From: Salisapilia sapeloensis CBS 127946
Taxonomy: Eukaryota; Protista; Oomycota
DNA: 64,000 nt
Direction: 5' to 3'
Assembly (NCBI GenBank): GCA_023334545.1
Contig: JAADVB010000058.1
Span: 1-64,000, forward strand
In this document: one piece after another, positions 46,319 to 57,060 of the stretch
Numbering within the stretch: position 1 is the stretch's first letter
Layout of the letters: each line of letters begins with the position of its first letter
Notes under the pieces: generated by a model
The model's database searches: none
What the model saw: only the letters and a program-made list of their open reading frames with translations
What the model was told of the DNA's origin: nothing
Made by a program: the position numbers and the translations under genes

Positions 46319-47095
46319 ATCTTTTTATTTCCTTATTCGCAGGTAAATTTTTGTCTTGTACTTGTTTATCGTTGATGCATCTTACTTGTTGAAGCCTCGA
46401 TCGTGACAGCATGAGGCTCGATTGAGAAGTTTGATCAGGATTTGATTCGAAGGATCGAGGCGAACGGATAATGAAGATATAGAAATCTCTGCAACAAGTT
46501 TGTTACAGGTCAAGATAGCGTCTCGATTCATTAATAATAAATATAACAACTGACGGCTAAATGCGTTGTTTGCAATCCACTTAGACTTGTTTCACTGCGC
46601 TTGCGCATTTATCGATTCAGGCAAGCTGCGTGCTAATCTTGAAACTAATTTTAGTCTGGATCGCATCACTACACTTGCATTAACTGTTACTATCAAGTAT
46701 ATGGTCCTAACATATCTGCTAGCGTTGAAGATACCAAACTAAATGCAATTAATCATATCGTTCAATAGAGAATTGTGGTTTGCCACGATGGAAGAGCATC
46801 CAAATCGGTTTAAAGTATACCTAAAGGCTTATCCAAGCTACCAGTGTAAGGTATCTACTTGCATGTTAGAACTGTCGGTTGGCTACTCTGTAACATTTCG
46901 CTTCGGTTCACCACATGCAAAAGCTATACTTACAACCGCGGCTACCACAACGAAGTGCTATACGCTTTCTATTGTGGATTATACTATTCATCTTGTGCCA
47001 TTTTCCGTAGGTTCATTCGCTGTCGTTAACTATGTTAGGCCTCAATAAATATGGGGAACAAATTAAGTCACTCGGCACAAATAAGATAAAAAGAT

Positions 47096-47167
47096 GGGCT
47101 TCACCGGGAATCGAACCCGGGACCTCTCGCACCCGAAGCGAGAATCATACCACTAGACCACGAAGCC
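47096..47167 (-). tRNA. tRNA-Pro (anticodon CGG), identical second copy
   Basis: Exact reverse complement of 46247..46318. Confidence 0.95.
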
Positions 47168-47243
47168 ATTGTGATTACAAAGCCTCTGTATAATATATAA
47201 ACAGCTTTTTAAAAAGGTTGTTAATCATTTCACACAAAACAAA

Positions 47244-48842
47244 ATGCAAGCGGATACTGCCAGCTCATCACAGCCTCGGGCATCTTATCATGGCGTGAGC
47301 GGTTCGATTGCTGTTATTTTCCTTATTTCCATTGCTGTAAAGCTCGTTCTCCTACCATCATACCGCAGTACTGACTTTGAAGTCCACCGGAACTGGCTCA
47401 GTATCACGTATCAACTGCCTCCGTCGCAATGGTATCACGAATCCACGAGCCAGTGGACGCTCGACTACCCTCCTCTTTTTGCCTACATGGAGTACTTCTT
47501 CTCTCACATTGCAGCCTTGGTAGATCCCTATCTCGTAGAAATATCTGCTACGCCCATCTCGACGACTCGAGTCGTGCTGTTCCAAAGACTGTCTGTCATT
47601 CTCTCCGATTGTCTGCTCTTCTACGCAGTCTTGCAATTTAGCACATCCCAGCCAGGTAAAAGCAGAAGAGCGTATGTCAAGGCTAAGAAGAACATCACTA
47701 CAATGCTCGTGGTCCTCGACGCTGGTTTACTCATGGTCGATCACATCCACTTTCAGTACAACGGAGTCCTACTAGGTCTCCTCCTTCTCTCCACTGCTCG
47801 TATCCAACAAGGCAAGGACGTCCAAGCAGCCTTCTTCTACTCCGTGCTCTTGATGATGAAGCACATTTATCTCTACGCTGCTCCACTCTACTTTGTCTAT
47901 CTCTTCCGCCACCATTGCTACGTCACATACACAACGGAGGCGATGATCACTGCACTCAAGAAGGGTAACGCTTCCTTCTCCATTGTCCGGTTCATTCGTC
48001 TAGGTGTCCTCGTTCTATCTGTCTTCTGTCTTTCTTTCGTACCCGTTCTCATGCATCATCCTTCTCCTTTTGACGGTCTAAAGCAGATCGCATCTCGCCT
48101 CTTTCCAGTGCAAAGAGGTCTATGTCATGCCTATTGGGCACCAAACATATGGGCTCTATATGCCTTTGCAGACAAGCTACTAGTACTGGCTGGAGTACCT
48201 GCGAAACCTGGCGTTGCATTTATGAGCGGAGGGCTTGTTCAAGAAGCATCCTTTGCCGTCTTACCTGACGTTCCTCCTCTCTTTTGCCTGCTCCTTACCC
48301 TCATCTTGATGCTCCCAGTGCTCATTCTTCTATGGCAAAAGCCTGAGCCAAAGTCTTTTACGACAGCATTAGCATACTGCATGCTTTCCTCGTTCATGGC
48401 AGGCTATCATGTCCATGAGAAGGCGATTCTACAGGTCATTTTGCCTCTAGCTGTCACTGCTGCCGATAGCGTCGTTGACATGCGGATCTACCGCTTAGCT
48501 TCCGCCACAGCCTATTTCTCCCTCTTCCCACTCCTCTTCACACCTGCCGAACACATGACCAAAGTACTCTTAACGTCCATGCACATCCTCCTGTCCTACA
48601 CCACCCTCGTGCCATTCCTATCACGACAGCAAAAGGCAGAGACCGTGCGTCTCTACGACATCGAAACGCTGTACTTGACAGGCCTCGCTCTCACCGCCAT
48701 CGCCGCCAGTGTCTTTCCCTACACTCCGTACGGAACGAAGCTTCCGTTCCTCCCTCTCATCCTCTACTCGGTCGCAAGTGCCATTGGCAACGTCTACATC
48801 CTATGTCTTCTCCTACGACACTGCTTTCGAAAGACTAAATGA
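47244..48842 (+). CDS. ALG8: Dolichyl-P-Glc:Glc1Man9GlcNAc2-PP-Dol alpha-1,3-glucosyltransferase
   Basis: YRSTDFEVHRNWL, WTLDYPP, DHIHFQYNG, RLFPVQRGLCHAYWAPN, HVHEKAIL. Confidence 0.93.
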   Translation: MQADTASSSQPRASYHGVSGSIAVIFLISIAVKLVLLPSYRSTDFEVHRNWLSITYQLPPSQWYHESTSQWTLDYPPLFAYMEYFFSHIAALVDPYLVEISATPISTTRVVLFQRLSVILSDCLLFYAVLQFSTSQPGKSRRAYVKAKKNITTMLVVLDAGLLMVDHIHFQYNGVLLGLLLLSTARIQQGKDVQAAFFYSVLLMMKHIYLYAAPLYFVYLFRHHCYVTYTTEAMITALKKGNASFSIVRFIRLGVLVLSVFCLSFVPVLMHHPSPFDGLKQIASRLFPVQRGLCHAYWAPNIWALYAFADKLLVLAGVPAKPGVAFMSGGLVQEASFAVLPDVPPLFCLLLTLILMLPVLILLWQKPEPKSFTTALAYCMLSSFMAGYHVHEKAILQVILPLAVTAADSVVDMRIYRLASATAYFSLFPLLFTPAEHMTKVLLTSMHILLSYTTLVPFLSRQQKAETVRLYDIETLYLTGLALTAIAASVFPYTPYGTKLPFLPLILYSVASAIGNVYILCLLLRHCFRKTK

Positions 48843-48865
48843 ACGAGGAAGCGTCTTGTATTGTC

Positions 48866-50497
48866 TTAACTTTGTTTCCCTAGCTCTTGCTTCTTCTTGA
48901 TACTCTTGAGTGTATGGAAGACACCTGAGTCCAAGAGTCCAATGACTGTAAAGACACCTCCAATGACAGCACACAAGTGCGTGACAAAGTGGTACCAAGG
49001 CATGTACTCCGGTGTGACCTTGACAACTAGTGGCGAAATGTCAAAGCTGAAGACAGCAGCAGGCATATGCTCTGTCGATTCGTACTGGTTACTCGTTGCA
49101 GAGAACTCATAGACACGTTTCACAGGTTCAAAGCGACTCGTACGGCGTTCTTCATGATCAAACGGAACGACGTTCAGGTAGTGCTCGATCGTAACGTTAT
49201 CCTCTTTCGAAAGGAAAGACTTACCGTCGAGCGGATATCGATCAGTCGTCATCAACTGACGCTTGCCGTCGATTAGATGCTCCGATCGTTTGATCTGACC
49301 AAAGGAAAAGTGGTTGACAATGTGTGTCGCGTCGATGACAGTCAAGTCCAACGAATGGTCTGGCGCACGTGCCGTGAGCGACACTTTACCAGGCACACGG
49401 TTCACACTAATGCTACCAGAGATCTCACACCCTTCCACCTTTCCTGGTGCCATCAACTGTGCTGCGACTTCCTTCTCTTTACTCTTTGCAGCCTTGATAT
49501 CTATCGACTTTAATGTCTCGGCATTCACATGCACTGGTAGACCTAGTGTATCTCCATTCGTATGCACTTCCTCTGCATGATCTGCGTCTGGTTCTAGTCG
49601 TCGGTAGAATAAATCTAGGAACTGGAGCAAGTGCTCGGCCGAACGTGGTCCGTTATACACAAAGTGTGTCGATTGACTGCCGAACATGTAGATCTATCCT
49701 CTCGTTAGTACATGTACATATTCGTCTTGGAAGAGGAACGTACGAGCATGGAGGGGAAGGCTCTGATACCAGCTCGACGACATAGAGGCGCTGCGTTTCG
49801 GTCGGTGCAGTCGACAGACGCCATCATCACGCGTTCACTAAACTCTGGATGGTCCTGCAATTGTGCAGCTGCTCGTTCCCATTCCGGATTTAAGCGTTGG
49901 CAGAATGGACACCAAGGAGCGTAATAGTTGATCAATACGAGTTCATACTTGCTCATAAACTCCTTAAAGTTTTTTTCTGTTAAGGGTTGAGAGTAGTGTA
50001 CACCTGCATGCGCATCTCGTTTCGCGCCTCCCCATAACGGAATGCCTTCATCCTGTTCCTCTACAACGATTTCATCCACACGTTGGAGGTTGGACAAGTC
50101 ATTCGCGTCAGAAGATAGACGGAAGCGGCGTAGATGGCGGGTGAGATTGAGCTGCTGGAGACCCATGTAGTTCGAGACATCGAGACTCGCCTGGGTGCAT
50201 GGGATGGCTGGAAGACTCACATTCAAGTTGATACGCAGTCGGTCTTCATTGTGAGAGTCCAATGTGACAGAAGTCTCTGTTCCGAGGTACGAATACGCGC
50301 TGTAGTGAGATGCAATGAGGATCGCCATGAAGATGAACGAGATGAGCGAGAAGAAGGAGCCTGTGAGGCTATGTTCCTGTAACTCTTCCGGCAATTTCCT
50401 AGGATGGATAAGTAGGTATTTCCAGTGGGTTTATAGATAGCGATAAATCGAAGACGTACCGGAAGAAGTCGAGCGACGAGATGCCCGATCGTGCCAT
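48866..50497 (-). CDS. PDI-C / ERGIC (Erv41/46-type) protein with inserted thioredoxin domain (3 exons)
   Basis: MARSGISSLDFFR|KLPEEL..; YAPWCPFC; GCEISGSISVNRVPG, LCAVIGGVFTV. Confidence 0.88.
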
Positions 50498-50896
50498 GAT
50501 AACGACTTCTTGCGTGGCAAAATGCGAAAGCAGCTATCGTGTCCTTTGGTCCGATTTACTGTACCTGTTTCTTCGGCTAAATAGATATTATGACATGAGA
50601 CGAAGAAAAGAGTAATAGTTGTTTCGTGAGAGTGGGTCAGTAGGTGCGATGGAAAGATACAATGAAAAGCTTGATGCAAATTGATGTAAGAGAAATGGAT
50701 ACTGGAGGTGGACGGCGTATGACATTCGAAAGATGGATCTAGAGCGATGGGAATGGACATTTTCTTTGCATAATTACGTATGGTATCAGAACAAAAGAAA
50801 AGCGAGGACAAAAAATCGAAGCCCTCTTCGTGTCGTACGTGAAGATCGAGTGCCTGGCGACGATTCATTTGTGAATTTTCCGCTTGCTTTCAAGAG

Positions 50897-51124
50897 ATGT
50901 TCCGCGTTACGATTTTTCTGATGCTGCTTGGACTCTGTGGCGTGCTTGCGGAAGAAGATAATGACTGCCTAAAGATGTGTACGAGAGAGTACGCGCCAGT
51001 CTGCGCTTCGAACGGTGAGACCTATTCGAACGAGTGCATGTTTGAGATGGCAAACTGCGAGCAGAATGACAAGCTTTGGATTCTGTACAAGGAACCGTGC
51101 AAGAAGGACAGCGTGTCTAAATAA
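50897..51124 (+). CDS. Small secreted single-Kazal inhibitor (P1 Arg)
   Basis: Signal peptide plus CLKMCTREYAPVCASNGETYSNECMFEMANC..YKEPC. Confidence 0.9.
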   Translation: MFRVTIFLMLLGLCGVLAEEDNDCLKMCTREYAPVCASNGETYSNECMFEMANCEQNDKLWILYKEPCKKDSVSK

Positions 51125-52248
51125 ACTAGCTGGAAGAATCTTTAAGGAATAACAAATACTTTACTTTGCGATTGCTTGCTTTATTGCGTTTTCTAGGATG
51201 CACTTTGTGCTTGTGATTCGAGTAGGTATTGATTAAGTGGTCTTCAGCCATGTCATGATAGAAGTATATTTAGATTGGAAGGTAGGAAATTTGGCGATCA
51301 GGCTAAAGTGATAAGTATTATTTACCTTTCATTATCGCGCAACGACATTCAGCTTGCTTGGTGTGCTATGGGAACCTTCGATTGATGTCAAATTCGAAGC
51401 AATTCAGCAGAATAGCTTCAATAGTAGCTTCTCGTAGACTTCAACTTGCACAGCCCCAATTCTACCTCTCTGGTGGTACCTTGGTCTCGTTCGCAGCGGC
51501 TTCGAGTGAATGTGTTTGTCTTTGCCCAGTAGATACTTCCAGTATCCTCAACAAGTAGGAGCTACAAGTAGCAAAATTATTTTGAGCGGATGAAATTAAG
51601 CACGCGCTAGACTCCCCATCCAACATGTTAGCTTATCCCATTAAAATGCTCATGTGCGCTTAAAAATCATAGCTCGGACCCGATTGTAAGGAATTAGAAG
51701 CGAAAGCGGCTTATGATCGTTGTCATAGAGTCACAGCTACGTGAAGTTCTGGCACTATGCGAAGGTCTCAACGGTAATGCTTTTTGAAATTTACGGTGAG
51801 CACTCTGTCATGGTCAAGATAAGATTAGCGAGCGCTTCGACTTCAGTTGAATCCTAACGATCGCTTAGTAGACACAGATAGAAGAAAAGCATGATATCCG
51901 TAAATGCTTGTAGCTAAACATTATTTTATATAACTCGTCAATAAATACTGTGAAGACTGTATGTCCAGTGTATCTACATATTCAAAGCTGTAGTCTTATA
52001 TCGAGTGCACGCTGAATGAAGCAGGCCAAAGAGTTTGATGCTATATAAGGAACAAATTTGCATAAGAAATTGCTGATTGTACTTACCGTGCATCAGCTTT
52101 GATTAAGCTCGCCAATTTTAGTACATTACCAGCTAAAAAGATACCAACCAAGTTTCCAGATGCCGTTGATTAAACAGGTCGAAGTGGTAATATCAGCGTT
52201 TGCCATGAAATGTACGTATTCATGTTATATGCAGCAATATTATAGGCT

Positions 52249-53930
52249 CTATCGATTCCGAATCTTGTTAATATCTAACGCTTTCATCTCGGAGAGGTAC
52301 AAAGGATTGACACCAGCCTGGACAAGTTCTTCCACTTCTCCGACGCGCAATCTTTCCAACTTCTCCAACTCGGTCTCGTACTCTTTCTTCAGAGCTCGAC
52401 CTTCTTCTTGCTTCGTCGCAAACTCCTTTTTCTTGTCCTTCTCCTTCACTTCAATCTGGCGCTGCAATACCTGTCGATGTTCCATGCTCGCTTTCTTCTT
52501 TGCCTCTTCAGCTACCCTTACAAGCTCTTTGTCTTCTTCCACCCGGCTCATGATCGATTTATACTCCCGTTCTTGCATCATCGCTTCGTTGACACGAGCT
52601 CGTTGGCGATGCATTGCCTGTGCATCTCGCTCCCTCTTCAGTTCCTCCATCTCTGCCTTTTGCTTACGAGCCAATGCTAAGTCAGCTTCTCTTGCTTGTC
52701 GCTCACGACCTTCTGCAGCTCGTTTAGCTCGTAGTTCATCAAGCTCCGCTTTTTCATTTGCCATCTTCTCCTGCATTGATCGAAGTTTAGCACAACGTAG
52801 CTCTGCCTCGTGACGTCTTTGCTTCTCTTCCTCTTCTTGACGCTTCATTTCCTCCGCTTTCTTCTGTTGGTAAGCGGCAATTCGATCTTCCTCTTCCTTA
52901 ATCTGCTGTAGGACTTCCAACTTCTTCAGTTTCGTTTCTTCATTAAACTTATGAATCTCTTCCATCGTCTCTTTATTCCGGATTGCTTTCAATCGCTCCA
53001 TTTCAGCTTCCTCCTCTTGCTGCTTTTTCATTTTCGCCACCATCTCTTGAGCTTCTTCATCACGTGCCTTTGCTTCGGCTTCCCGTCGACGACGACGCTC
53101 TTGTATCTGATCCTCGAGTACCTGACGATCAGCAAGTCGCTTTTGCTTCTTTTGGTCATCTATTGCCTCCTGCCTCTTTAAACCTTCGAGACGATCAATC
53201 TCCATAAGCATATTCATCTTGTCATCGTACACCCGGTGATCTTCTTCCAACTCTTTCTTTACTTTCAATTGCTCATCACGAATCGTAAAAGCTTGAGCTC
53301 TTGCTCCAAGTGTCCGCATAAGCTTGACACTATCGTGGTCTTGGTCATGTAGAATCTTCGCACGGCGTAGCACAGCCTCTTTTTCAGCTTCGAATATCTG
53401 CTCCATCTCGGTCTTTGGTGCTCGCTTTGCAGCTTCTGCACTCAGCTTCATCATGTATTCCTTTCGAGCTTTCGATGATAAACGCTGACGCTCAAGTTCT
53501 TCATCTCGAGCTGCCGCCATTGCTTCCAATTCTGAAGCTGTCATGATCTTGGTCTCACCCTTCATCCGGTGAACCTCCTCTTCATCAATCGAAATTACCG
53601 CAGCTGGAGCCTTCACCTTGCCTTTCGATACTGGAGTTGACCTGTTTGGTTTAGTCTTGGGCTTCCCCTCATCTTGATTCGACGATCGATTGCTAATGAT
53701 ATTCCTAACAAAGTACACATGAGGATATGGAAACTTGGAAGAGCACATGAGACATACCTTCCAGCTTGCACCGTTCGGTCATTCTTACGAGCTTTCAACT
53801 GTCTTTCGCGATTCGACTCACCAAACAGATTCTCCTCCACTTGAGGCGTATACGCTATTCGACGATAACGACGTGATGCTGAGGAGGAAATGTTTCCATT
53901 GGTACGGAGGGAAGATTGCGAAGATGACAT
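52249..53930 (-). CDS. CFAP45: Cilia- and flagella-associated protein 45-like (CCDC19) coiled-coil protein (2 exons)
   Basis: VEENLFG in exon 1; long charged coiled coil with ELDELRAKRAAE and ending AGVNPLYLSEM. Confidence 0.75.
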
Positions 53931-54212
53931 GTAGACTGTATGGAAGCACAGAGCAAGTATGATGCTTCTTTCCGAGTGAGCTATTGACTTCAAAATGATT
54001 ATAGAACGTGTATTTATAGACTTGCACGTCCTCCCAAATCATTCGAGGTGCATATTAATAGTCTAAGCTAGGTGAAAGATACAAGTATACTACACGAACA
54101 CACTTCATTGCTAATAATTCCATTTATACCGAAATACCAAATCCTAATTCACGATAAATTCATTCGCGATAGCTACCCTACTTGATACCAATGCGAAGGC
54201 TACTGTCAAAGC

Positions 54213-55949
54213 TCATGACCTGGAGACACCCAGTTCGCAGGCAGAAGAACGACGCCTTATCATGGCTTGCATGCCATGATAGCGTCTCACGAACCCACCG
54301 ACACCAGGACGCAGTCTTGGCGCTTCTGCATCCACCTCTGGCTCAATAGAAGCAGTGACTATGGTCGCACCTACAGTCGTGTTAGCACTTTTTGACATAA
54401 AGACATGTGAGGTACGCACTGGGAAACTCCTGATGGATGCGGTGGAGAGCGACGGCACTAATGAAGGGACAGATAAAGTAGATGGCATTCTCAGCCACTC
54501 CATCCGATTGTAAGATCTATCTCATCGTTCATCAGCTCTAAATATCTTTACGATGGTAAATGACAAGTACCTCGATCGCGTGACTGATGACAGCTCCTTT
54601 CACACACTCGCCAGCCATAAGCACTACATCAGTGGCATGCAGATTCGATGGCAAATTCACTTCGCTCGCGACTGTCGGCTCTTGGTTTCCAGTCTGCGCG
54701 AAGAAGATCTCGCCTGTAGGAAATTGATAAGCACCTCTCTTCTGGAATATATAGCTAGTACTCGTACCTGATAGAGCTTCCGGCATGAGTTGCTTAAAGA
54801 TACGCTGGAGGATGAGACCGCCGTTGTTGACAGAGACTCCGATACACTCCCGCTGTCGACAAATACCTTCCCATTGCTCTCCCGAAGAAGTCGTCACATG
54901 GTGTGGGACTGTTGGTGCTAGTGCCAACGTCTCCTCCAGCAACAAACTACAGACAAGATTAATCCTGTGAAGGATATCGGCAAGAAGTGGCGAGTGCCTA
55001 CCGAATGAGTCGATCGGCAGTCTGCTGGAAAGCTCTCCATGGAGTCGACCTGTCTCTCAGTCGAGTCAGCAGCTGCATCACCGCTGGCGATTGCATCTCT
55101 TCGATCAAAGGCGTCATCGGTTCTCTAGCTCGAAGGAGACTCGTATCCGCTTCTCCATCCACTTGATCATACGGCTTGTGCTCATCTCCATTATGTCCGG
55201 AATCTACCATACTCACATCATCCGCTTCTTGATCTCTATCAATCAATCATATTAATGTCCTTTCTTCCATCGCATAAGCTTAGCCTCTACCTTTGAGGAG
55301 ATGGACGGCGAGAGTAAGGACTTATCGGCTCTCGAGCTCCTCGACGACGATAGGCACCATACGGAGCTGCCGTGACTTGGCGATTGCTTGAGGAGTGGTG
55401 GGAAGTGTCGCTTCCATCAGCCAAAGCGAGCGTCGCATCTGGACGTCCGTCTTGGCCACTTGAGCTCTCGCCTCGGAGCTTTGCATACTCGGCTGCCAAG
55501 ATGTGATTGTACGGCAGCATGCTCTGACTGACGCGATGGCGAATGATACTACGGTTCTTGAAGGTGTTGCTGATGGCAGCTCGAGTGACAGCGTACTCCT
55601 TTGCCAAGTCGGACTGTCGAGCTCCATTTTCCAAGCGGCGGATGATCTCGAGTCGCTCTTCTTCCATCAGATACCGTAATTCTCCTTGCAGACGCCTCTC
55701 CACCGCCCTGCGTACTGGGATGCCACGCATTCCTACCGACTGAGATGTCACCTCCATCGGCTTTTCAGTCGCGTCAGGAAGCAAGTAGCTCGATAGTGTC
55801 GGTAGTGGTCTACTCGAAGTCGAGGTCGTCTCATCAAAGCGAGAGGGGGGTGCAGAGGAACTCCAGGCGAGCGGAGCGATGCCATCCGAAGTGGAAGGTT
55901 GGTAGGTGGTGCCTCGAGGGAGACTGGAGGATGTATTTTGCTCCCTCAT
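54213..55949 (-). CDS. HTH (psq/CENP-B N-terminal-like) domain fused to degenerate uracil phosphoribosyltransferase fold (multi-exon)
   Basis: ERLEIIRRLENGARQSDLAKEYAVTRAAISNTFKNR; a 55-nt intron (55290-55236) links it in frame to LLTRLRDRSTP..TADRLIRLLLEE..LPSNL..ATIVTASI..RPGVGGFVRRYHG. Confidence 0.75.
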
Positions 55950-57060
55950 GAGTGCGTCGATATTACGTGTGCAGTATGGAAGTGTCGGATGGGCTCTATG
56001 GACGCAGTAGAAACAAGTTAGAACTCGCGTGCTACATATCTCGTTGTGGTGCTTGGTGCATATAGAACGAACATCGCATGAACGGAAGAGACTTCATACT
56101 TATACACAGCAGTCGTATCAAAAAGTAGACTGCTCATTACAATTTCGTCAGATGCTTGTCAAATGGGAATCCAGCCCAAGCGTCTTGATAAATTCGAGTT
56201 GCGCGACGTCGGACTCGTATTCGAAAGTAACAAGCTCTTGATATCGTATAAATCTGGTTTCCCGACCGTTGCTTATCTTAAGACTGGCGACCGTGGGCTG
56301 CCGATCGATCGCCAGTGACGGATTTTAAATCGTTACGACGACAGATGGGGGAGGGTGTTGCATTCATGCAAGATCTTGTATGGGCACATGGCGAATGGGT
56401 ACACTCGTCGGACTGTCGACTGGACTGACGCGAGGCTCCCAACGACCCGTTTTACTCAGGTAAAATTGTGCTTCGATTCTTCCATACTTGCCACCTACAG
56501 GATATAAGCACGCCCATGCTGGTCAGTGGATCTAATATTTAGACCACATCGATAGGTATTGAGAGGCATTCCCTCCGAGGTATCTATACACTCATGCTGT
56601 CTTGATGCCTCAGCGTCAAGATTACCCATCGCCACTACCGCAAGAAATCAACGCGTCTCGTTGTGCAGCATAATGCATCTTTCGAATAGACACGACACTG
56701 ACGATCATGGATAAAGTTGAACATACCACGCTTGCGACGCTACGTCCATCTACCTATAAAAAAGGATTTTCAGTTTGCCGTTGGATCCAATACCTCGACT
56801 ACATCTCTACGACCTAGATCTCATTCCATCCACTATGCTACGTCAACTCTATAACCAGTACCGACTAAATCCGTCCTTAGGTAATAGCACCTCTACACAC
56901 ATCCTACGCCACGTCGACAATCACGTCCATCAAGTGGTCTGTATATGTGATACACAACGTCTAGACAGTTACTCGTCACTTACTATGAATGTACAATGCA
57001 CCAAACGAAACAAGTAAACTGTCGAGCTTGATTCGAGAACAAACGGCAGTATACACAATA

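Larger units (their letters stand above)
46214..47200. repeat. Inverted duplication: arms 46214-46328 and 47086-47200 (115 bp) around a ~757-bp spacer
   Basis: Both arms contain the tRNA, 33 nt of upstream flank (1 mismatch) and 10 nt of downstream flank. Confidence 0.9.

Noticed and set aside
51330-51630. Ankyrin-like remnant on the minus strand (LISSAQNNFATCSSYLL, LLNCFEFDINRR)
   Set aside because: Similarity is too weak and is interrupted by stops.
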